Source of the DNA: Nanobdellati archaeon
Lineage (GTDB): Archaea > EX4484-52 > WAPT01
Direction: 5' to 3'
Length of the DNA stretch: 26,759 nucleotides
NCBI GenBank assembly: GCA_015520605.1
Contig: WAPT01000013.1
Span: 1 to 26,759 of the forward strand
Position 1 is the stretch's first letter. Each line of letters starts with the position of its first letter. The notes under the pieces were generated by a model, which saw nothing but the letters and a program-made list of their open reading frames with translations, was not told where the DNA came from and searched no databases. The position numbers and the translations under genes were made by a program. Shown here in pieces: positions 8,964 through 15,420 of the stretch.

Positions 8964-9001
8964 ATACCAGTCAAAAATAAAAATATGTATTTTTTAAAAT
9001 A

Positions 9002-9559
9002 TTACTCCTCTTGATCGTAACACACATCACACACCCATTTACCATTCTTGTACCTTAGCGCTTCGGAGTAGTTCCCGCAGCTTTCACACACCCCCTCCAT
9101 TATTTCCTCATCAGGTGCTTCTTCACCTGCTCCCTCTCCCCCCTCCACAATTTTCAACTCCTCTTCCAGCACTTCCAGAATAGAGGGGAACGTGTTAATT
9201 ATCGTCCTTTCTGACACTATACCGACGAACTTGTTGTTTTTATCCACCACCGGCAATCTGCCAATATTATATTTCCTCATTTTCTTAAGAGCGTCAAGCA
9301 CGCTTTCATCCTCACCTGCTGTGATAAGTTCAGAGCTCATTATTTCCATTGCCTTGTCCTCCAATTTCTTACCAGAAGCTATATTATAAACAACATCTCT
9401 GAGAGTTATTACTCCCACAACAGCCTCCCTCTCAACGACCAACACCTCAGAAGCGTTGGCATCCTTCATTTTCTTTGTAATATCAACAATCTTATCGCCA
9501 GATAAAACCTTCACAAATTGTGTATCCATAATATCCTTGACCTTATATTCCCTGAACAT
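9002..9559 (-). CDS. CBS-pair protein with C-terminal zinc ribbon
   Basis: Two CBS repeats (VKDIM...VGVITLRD; EIMS...IGRLPVVD...VGIVS) and GVCESCG...WVCDVC. ATG 9559 follows a GGTGGTG SD. Confidence 0.88.
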   Translation of the reverse strand: MFREYKVKDIMDTQFVKVLSGDKIVDITKKMKDANASEVLVVEREAVVGVITLRDVVYNIASGKKLEDKAMEIMSSELITAGEDESVLDALKKMRKYNIGRLPVVDKNNKFVGIVSERTIINTFPSILEVLEEELKIVEGGEGAGEEAPDEEIMEGVCESCGNYSEALRYKNGKWVCDVCYDQEE

Positions 9560-9629
9560 ACACACCACCACCAGAAGTTTTAATAACGATAAAGTGGGAT
9601 AAATTTATTAAGGGTTCTGGTGCTGTGTT

Positions 9630-9986
9630 ATGTCATACAAGAAGGGGTATAAGTTTGAGTGGGAGGTTAAGAAGTTTCTGGAAAAGAAGGGCTACTACGT
9701 CATACGCTCCGCAGGGAGTAAAAAGCCAGACATAATTGCAGGGAAAGAGGGCAACATTATAGTTGTGGAATGTAAATACACGGCTAAAAGCAAGTTATAT
9801 TTACTAAAGGATGAGGTAAATAACCTAATATATGTGGCCTCAATGTTCAGAGCCAAACCAATATACTTAATTAAAAAGAAGAACTCTGGTTTGTTTGTTG
9901 TTGAAATACACCATTTAAAAGAATTAGACGGACACTATTTTTTCGTTGATTTAGATAAGTTAAAAAATAAGTTAAAAATAGAATAA
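9630..9986 (+). CDS. hjc: Holliday junction resolvase Hjc
   Basis: Y.KG..FE.E...L...GY.VIRSAGS..PDIIAG....VVECK PD-(D/E)xK signature. Confidence 0.9.
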   Translation: MSYKKGYKFEWEVKKFLEKKGYYVIRSAGSKKPDIIAGKEGNIIVVECKYTAKSKLYLLKDEVNNLIYVASMFRAKPIYLIKKKNSGLFVVEIHHLKELDGHYFFVDLDKLKNKLKIE

Positions 9987-10013
9987 ATTAAATCAACAAT
10001 TTTGTGTAGTTTT

Positions 10014-10193
10014 TTATGTGGTTTTTGGTAGTATTCCGACCCTCTCCAATAAGAACCAAAGAGTTATGAAAAACAAGAGAATAATAGAAAGGTAGGTTGT
10101 TGTATCTAGATTTTTAGTTGTAAAAAAAGATTTTGTTGATTTATAAAAAATGTAGAAAACAACTACATCCCTTAAATAAGATCTTAACCCCAT
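10014..10193 (-). CDS. Small hypothetical membrane protein (about 59 aa)
   Basis: ATG 10193, two hydrophobic segments ending in WFLLERVGIL. It fills the gap between hjc and the HTH gene. Confidence 0.55.
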   Translation of the reverse strand: MGLRSYLRDVVVFYIFYKSTKSFFTTKNLDTTTYLSIILLFFITLWFLLERVGILPKTT

Positions 10194-10257
10194 AACAACA
10201 TAAAATAATAATTTCAATTTTTAAATAAGTGTTCTTAAAATAAAATTTTGAGTGTGT

Positions 10258-10986
10258 ATGGAGGAAAGAAACTACACGCCGTTTGAAAAGGCAAAGAGAA
10301 TGCTTGCAGTACAGATAGCTGGAGAAATTGTTCTCTCTAACGATCCAGGGGTTGTCATTCAGAAGTGGAGAACAATATTCAAAATACCTCAGAGAAGACT
10401 CGCTCAAGAGTTGGGAATAATGCCATCCGTCATTTCTGATTATGAAAGTGGGAGAAGAAAATCTCCCGGAGTTAAATTCATAAGAAAACTTGTTGATGCA
10501 ATACTAAACATTGATGAAAAAAGAGGAGGGGATATAATAAAAGAGTATTCTACTTTATTCCCAGAGGAAAAAATAAGTGATGTTATATTAAGTATGAAAG
10601 AATTCGAGAGACCCGTCTCTCTTGAAAAGTTCGCTGAAACTATAGATGGGTATGTTGTTATCAATAGTGATGTTAAGAAGTATATTTTTGGATATACTAT
10701 TATAGATTCAGTGAGAGCTATAATAGAACTATCACCAGCAGAATTAGTTAAGATGTATGGATTAACGACAGAAAGGGCACTAGTATTCACAAACATTACA
10801 CACGGTAGGTCCCCATTCATAGCAATCAAAGTTACTAATTTAAGACCGGGTGTTGTTGTGTTCCATGAAATTGATAAATTAGATAGTATAGGTAGAAGAA
10901 TAGCTGAAGTTGAAAACATACCTGTTATCCTTTCTAGAATAAAAAGTGTCGAAGAAATTATTCGAAGATTGAAATGTTTAGAGTAG
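10258..10986 (+). CDS. XRE-HTH transcriptional regulator (COG1709-like)
   Basis: IAGEIVLS..PG..I.KWR, SVISDYESGRRKSPG, GYTIIDS, ERALVFT....GRSP.IAI motifs. Confidence 0.85.
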   Translation: MEERNYTPFEKAKRMLAVQIAGEIVLSNDPGVVIQKWRTIFKIPQRRLAQELGIMPSVISDYESGRRKSPGVKFIRKLVDAILNIDEKRGGDIIKEYSTLFPEEKISDVILSMKEFERPVSLEKFAETIDGYVVINSDVKKYIFGYTIIDSVRAIIELSPAELVKMYGLTTERALVFTNITHGRSPFIAIKVTNLRPGVVVFHEIDKLDSIGRRIAEVENIPVILSRIKSVEEIIRRLKCLE

Positions 10987-11109
10987 ACCCCTTTATTTCA
11001 TATGGATGATATAATAATATCATTGTATATTATATAGTTTTGTTATATAACATTGTTATATTTTGTGGTGATGTTTTAATAAGAAGTTTCACATGAAATA
11101 AAGGGGTCT
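10985..11109. other. Replication origin oriC: inverted ORB pair around an AT-rich unwinding element
   Basis: TCCATATGAAATAAAGGGGTCT (minus strand, 10985-11006) and TTCACATGAAATAAAGGGGTCT (plus strand, 11088-11109) match at 20/22 positions. They flank an 81-bp very AT-rich spacer directly upstream of cdc6. Confidence 0.85.
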
Positions 11110-11195
11110 CTGTAAAGAAGGTGTGTGAATTGTTTAAATTTTTTACTAACAACAACCTTAACTTACCGAAAGTTCAAGTAATTCGTGTGGTTCGT

Positions 11196-12434
11196 ATGGA
11201 GAATAAACAACTCACACATTTCACAACACCACCACAACAAACTCTTGAAAATTTATTTGAAAGTTTTATGAATAAAGAATCTATTTTTAGAAATAAAGAT
11301 GCACTTTCTATTAAATACTCACCGGAAAAAATCTACCATAGAGATGAACAGATCAATGCTTTAAGTAGAATTCTTGCACCTATGCTTAGAAATGAAAAAC
11401 CATCTAATGTTTTTATCTACGGTTTGACAGGTACAGGTAAAACTCTCGTAACGACTTATGTCACCACCAATCTCGAAAACTTCACAATAAAACACAACAT
11501 TCCTTTGAAAGTACTTTTCGTTAATTGTAAAATGAAGAAAGTTGCCGATACAGAGTACAGACTTTTGGCTTATCTTTCTTCTTTACTCGGAGAGGGTGTG
11601 CCTGCAACAGGACTTCCGACTGATGAAGTTTACAGACGGTTTTATTCAGCGCTGGAAAATATTGGTGGGAATGTTGTTATCGTGCTTGATGAGATAGATG
11701 CTCTTGTGAAAAAGGTGGGTGATGAACTTCTCTATAACTTCACGAGAATGTGCGAAACGATAAAAGATGTTAATCTTAGTCTTATTGGTATCTCGAACGA
11801 TCTGTCCTTTATGGAGTATTTGGATGCCAGAGTCAAATCCTCCCTTTCTGAAGAGGAGATAATATTTCCACCATACAACTACGAACAGTTAAAGGACATC
11901 CTTTTTGATAGAGCTATGGTGGCGTTCAACCCGGGTAAGATTGATGAGGCTGCCATAACTAAATGTGCAGCCCTTGCAGCGCAGGAACATGGTGATGCGA
12001 GGAGAGCACTCGATCTTTTAAGGATAGCTGGAGAAATAGCGGAGAGAAACGGTGATGAGAGGGTTGTGGAGAAACACATAGACTTAGCGGAGGAGAAACT
12101 CGATCTGGATAGGATGAGTGAAGCAGCAAGGGTGTTGCCGAAACACTCCAAGATAGTGCTTTATACTGTATTGTGTTTGCTCCGAAATAGGGATAAAGTC
12201 CTTACAGGAGACATACAAAAATACTACGAACATATCTGTGAGCAACTCGGCGTGAGACCTCTAACTCAAAGGAGAATATCTGATATCATTGCTGAGCTGG
12301 ATATGCAGGGTTTGATAAACGCGAGCGTCATTTCAAAGGGCAGGTATGGAAGAACAAGGGAGATAACACTCTCCCTCTCAAAAGCGACACACGATAAAAT
12401 ACTCTTGCAACTCAAACAGGAATTAGATTTATAA
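11196..12434 (+). CDS. cdc6: Orc1/Cdc6 replication initiator
   Basis: IFRNKDAL...Y.P....HRDEQI, Walker A GLTGTGKT, Walker B IVLDEID, RVKSSL, FPPY...QL..IL, GDARRALDLLR, and wHTH ELDMQGLI...SKGRYGRT. Confidence 0.96.
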   Translation: MENKQLTHFTTPPQQTLENLFESFMNKESIFRNKDALSIKYSPEKIYHRDEQINALSRILAPMLRNEKPSNVFIYGLTGTGKTLVTTYVTTNLENFTIKHNIPLKVLFVNCKMKKVADTEYRLLAYLSSLLGEGVPATGLPTDEVYRRFYSALENIGGNVVIVLDEIDALVKKVGDELLYNFTRMCETIKDVNLSLIGISNDLSFMEYLDARVKSSLSEEEIIFPPYNYEQLKDILFDRAMVAFNPGKIDEAAITKCAALAAQEHGDARRALDLLRIAGEIAERNGDERVVEKHIDLAEEKLDLDRMSEAARVLPKHSKIVLYTVLCLLRNRDKVLTGDIQKYYEHICEQLGVRPLTQRRISDIIAELDMQGLINASVISKGRYGRTREITLSLSKATHDKILLQLKQELDL

Positions 12435-12456
12435 TCTTGTCACAAAACCTCTAATT

Positions 12457-13983
12457 ATGGACGCTGTCCAAAAACTCATTCAGGATCTTATGGAGCGCGG
12501 AATTCTTATCGAACCGTCAGCTTTTGATTTCATAAAACAACACAACATACCACCCGATAAGATTTATTCTTTAAAAATTGAGGAGGGGGTACTCACAAGA
12601 AAACACCTCGAACCGCTTATCGGTGGTGTAGGTTGTGAAGGGAGAAGAGACGAAAATGAGAATATGGGAAACACTTCCAATTTACTTGCTTTTGTTGAGA
12701 TTGTAAGGAAAAAGAAAAGAGCAATAGCAGAAGAGTATGATTTTTCAGTGGTGGTTGAAAACAAAGAGACTAATAATGGAGAAATTTCCCAAAAAGGTGT
12801 GGAAATTTTCGTAGAAATGTTTAAAGATAGGTACGAAAGGCTGCGCGATTTACTTGTTCAGAGAGCCGAACTCAGGAACGCGATATCAATAGGCAGGCTC
12901 AAGGACGCGAGAAATCTCGAAGGGGAGGTTGTGGTAATAGGGCTTGTCAGAACAAAAACAAAAACTAAATCTGGAAGTTACATACTCGAACTGGAGGATC
13001 CAACCGGAGTGGTGAGTGTTTTCGTCAGAGAGGAAGCTTCAAAACTGGCCGAATATGTAGTGGAGGATGAGGTGATAGGTGTTAGAGGTACGTTCAACGG
13101 AAATTTCTTGTACGCTTCGAATATAGTGTTTCCCGACATACCTATCCCCACAGGAGTAAATAAGGTCAAAGATCCTGTTGCAGCAGTCTTCATTTCCGAT
13201 CTGCATTATGGGAGTAAGCAGTTTATAGTAGACATTGAAAGAAGGTTTCTTAGGTGGATAAATGACAAAAATGATGAGCTCGCATCTAAGGTTAAATACA
13301 TCTTCATAGCGGGAGATCTCGTCGATGGTATAGGGATTTATCCAGAGCAGGAGGATGATCTTCTCATCAAAGACATCTATAATCAGTACGAGCTTCTGGA
13401 AAGGTTCATTGAAAGAATCCCCGAACACATAGCGGTGGTGTTGTGTCCTGGCAACCACGATGCGGTTAGAAGTGCGGAACCACAACCACCCATCCCTAAA
13501 GACTTTGTCCCGAACCTTTATTCAATGAGTAATATTTTTATGGCGACCAATCCAGCTTACGTGAGAATACACGCGATGGATGGGGAGAAGGGAGTTCTGG
13601 TTCTGATGTATCACGGTTATAGCTTTACATCCATGATAGACGCCATGACACCTATAAGGAAGCACGGCACCACACATCCACAGTATGTTATGAGGGAGAT
13701 ATTAAAAAAGAGACACCTCGCCCCCACATACGGATGTGTGATTCAGGTACCATATCCCAAAGATCAGCTCGTGATAGATAAAGTGCCGGACATATTTCAC
13801 ACAGGAGATTTGCACTCTCACGGTGTTGATAATTATAAGGGCGTAACGCTCATAAGTTCGTCAACTTTTCAGGGGCAGACGGCCTTCATGGACAGGGTTG
13901 GACACGTGGCGAATCCGGGCAAGATAACGGTTGTGGAACTTAACACAAGAGACGTCAGAGTGCTCGATTTTTACGGAGGATAG
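12457..13983 (+). CDS. polB: DNA polymerase D small (proofreading) subunit DP1
   Basis: OB fold (LELEDPTG) and calcineurin-like phosphoesterase motifs ISDLHYGS, GDLVDGIGIYP, PGNHD, YHG, RHLAPTYG. Confidence 0.95.
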   Translation: MDAVQKLIQDLMERGILIEPSAFDFIKQHNIPPDKIYSLKIEEGVLTRKHLEPLIGGVGCEGRRDENENMGNTSNLLAFVEIVRKKKRAIAEEYDFSVVVENKETNNGEISQKGVEIFVEMFKDRYERLRDLLVQRAELRNAISIGRLKDARNLEGEVVVIGLVRTKTKTKSGSYILELEDPTGVVSVFVREEASKLAEYVVEDEVIGVRGTFNGNFLYASNIVFPDIPIPTGVNKVKDPVAAVFISDLHYGSKQFIVDIERRFLRWINDKNDELASKVKYIFIAGDLVDGIGIYPEQEDDLLIKDIYNQYELLERFIERIPEHIAVVLCPGNHDAVRSAEPQPPIPKDFVPNLYSMSNIFMATNPAYVRIHAMDGEKGVLVLMYHGYSFTSMIDAMTPIRKHGTTHPQYVMREILKKRHLAPTYGCVIQVPYPKDQLVIDKVPDIFHTGDLHSHGVDNYKGVTLISSSTFQGQTAFMDRVGHVANPGKITVVELNTRDVRVLDFYGG

Positions 13984-13996
13984 AAGTAGACAATCT

Positions 13997-14230
13997 CTAC
14001 TCTTCGTCTATGGGTTTTTTGATCTCCTCAAAAGGAAAGATATTTTTTAGCACGTTGTGGATGTATTTGGAGTCCACAAGCTCCCTGAAAACTATGAGAA
14101 CACTCTTCCTGACATCCTCCTTATCAAGCTCTTCAATTTCGTAATCCTCAACATACTCACTATTCTTCAGAGCATTCTCAACATCTTCCCTTCTGGCATC
14201 TAAAATGATCTCAATCATCGACACACGCAT
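13997..14230 (-). CDS. Small acidic hypothetical protein (possible beta-alpha-beta-beta-alpha fold)
   Basis: 77-aa ORF with a protein-like E/K-rich composition. A TTTATAAAA box (14254-14262) about 24 nt upstream of the ATG suggests a leaderless transcript. Confidence 0.65.
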   Translation of the reverse strand: MRVSMIEIILDARREDVENALKNSEYVEDYEIEELDKEDVRKSVLIVFRELVDSKYIHNVLKNIFPFEEIKKPIDEE

Positions 14231-14303
14231 GAGGAAATATTGTGGCTGTTAACTTTTATAAACTTCTCTCGTGTTAATACTGGAAAATTTTCCCACTTAA
14301 TCA

Positions 14304-14321
14304 CCGAAAAATTTATATATA
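14304..14321 (+). promoter_or_regulatory. BRE-TATA promoter candidate with no long ORF downstream
   Basis: CCGAAAAA-TTTATATATA; predicted start near 14340. Confidence 0.5.
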
Positions 14322-14352
14322 AGTTAGTATAATATATTAGGGTCAACCTTCT

Positions 14353-14642
14353 CCTTACTGAAAAGAAATGAAAAATCGGGCTCGGACGGTGGGGGTTGCG
14401 TGCCTTCTTGCCTCCTACCTCCGCCCTCCGATTAATTTCACATAATTTCTTCAAAGGGGTTAACACGAGCAACAACCATCCCGGTCGTCCACACACCATC
14501 CATCAGAAGAAAGATGGAATGTGGAGTCATCCCGGGATTATTCTGTGGAGCATCCCGGGATAATGTACATAACTTTGGCTACCCACTTGCAGAACTTCCA
14601 TAGATTTAGATGGATGTGGGTAGCCGCCATTTTAACTACCTC
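14353..14642 (-). ncRNA. Candidate three-hairpin RNA or small-ORF transcript; family unknown
   Basis: Minus-strand promoter at 14665-14681, hairpins at 14577-14625, 14478-14538 and 14374-14433, then a U-rich tract (TTTTTCATTTCTTTTC). Confidence 0.4.
14520..14564 (+). repeat. Tandem direct repeat of about 21 bp containing palindrome ATCCCGGGAT
   Basis: TGTGGAGTCATCCCGGGATTAT and TGTGGAG-CATCCCGGGATAAT. Confidence 0.7.
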
Positions 14643-14664
14643 AATTCAAAGTATGGTTTGATTA

Positions 14665-14681
14665 TTTATAAATTTTACCCG
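14665..14681 (-). promoter_or_regulatory. BRE-TATA promoter candidate
   Basis: Minus strand CGGGTAAAA-TTTATAAA; predicted start near 14642. Confidence 0.5.
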
Positions 14682-14708
14682 AAATTTTCGAAGATCTTCG
14701 ACAATAGA

Positions 14709-15365
14709 CTAAACGCTTGATTTGAGTTCCAATAACTCTCTTCTAAGCTTTGCGAGCTCGGTTAGATATTCCCTTTCCTTAGATATTTGGGACACTTTTC
14801 TTACTTTCCTCGCAGCTTCCTTACTTTCCTCACCCTTTCTTGCTTTACTTTTTTCTTGCTTTTTACTTACCTCTACTTCAACCTGAGCGGTAGCTTCAGT
14901 CTTTTTTATGTTCTTTGCTTCATCCAGAATCGTTGCGGTGCTGCTCTTTATCACTTCATCCACAAGCTTGTCGATGGCAAGAAGCATCTCATTAACCATG
15001 GCTTCGATTCTATTCAATCTCTCATGGTTGTTCAGCACAACTTTACCGAGGATACTTATGTTATCGACTATCTTTTCAAGTGAAGCAACGCGTTGCTCTA
15101 ACAGACCAAACGAGGATGCGAAGTTATTGGTGTTGGAACCTGATGCTTTGCTGGAGGATTTCAACTCATTAACTACAGATACAATCCCATCTATGTCCGT
15201 GTGAAGTTGGTGAAGGTAAGTGTAAATTTTCTGGAACTCATCCTGAATGTACGAGCTAAGCTGGTTATAGTTGTTTTCGAGTCCGAGAACACGGTTCTTT
15301 ATCTCCTCAAGCTCGCTGTTTGGTTTTTTTCCTTCCTTTTTCCCAAAAAGAAAACTTAACACCAT
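14709..15365 (-). CDS. Hypothetical coiled-coil protein
   Basis: Starts MVLSFLFGKK at ATG 15365, which avoids overlap with DP2. Heptad-rich helices, a charged linker and a C-terminal helix. Divergent from DP2. Confidence 0.75.
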   Translation of the reverse strand: MVLSFLFGKKEGKKPNSELEEIKNRVLGLENNYNQLSSYIQDEFQKIYTYLHQLHTDIDGIVSVVNELKSSSKASGSNTNNFASSFGLLEQRVASLEKIVDNISILGKVVLNNHERLNRIEAMVNEMLLAIDKLVDEVIKSSTATILDEAKNIKKTEATAQVEVEVSKKQEKSKARKGEESKEAARKVRKVSQISKEREYLTELAKLRRELLELKSSV

Positions 15366-15420
15366 ACGCTCTATATGGGACTGAAAGTAAATAAAAGTTT
15401 TGATATACGGATATGTTGTC

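Noticed and set aside
10860-10872. Mini-ORB-like GTTCCATGAAAT inside the HTH gene
   Set aside because: Spacing is 2 nt short, there is no G-string, and codons F-H-E-I explain it.
14436-14464. Degenerate ORB (TTTCACATAATTTCTTCAAAGGGGTTAAC)
   Set aside because: The GAAA half-site is missing and the spacing to the G-string is about 5 nt too long.
14215-14499. 94-aa minus-strand ORF from the track
   Set aside because: It crosses a hairpin, a U-tract and two TATA boxes, has atypical composition and no SD.
14520-14564. Palindromic direct repeats as a mini CRISPR array
   Set aside because: Only two adjacent copies with about 2 nt between them, no spacers and no cas genes.
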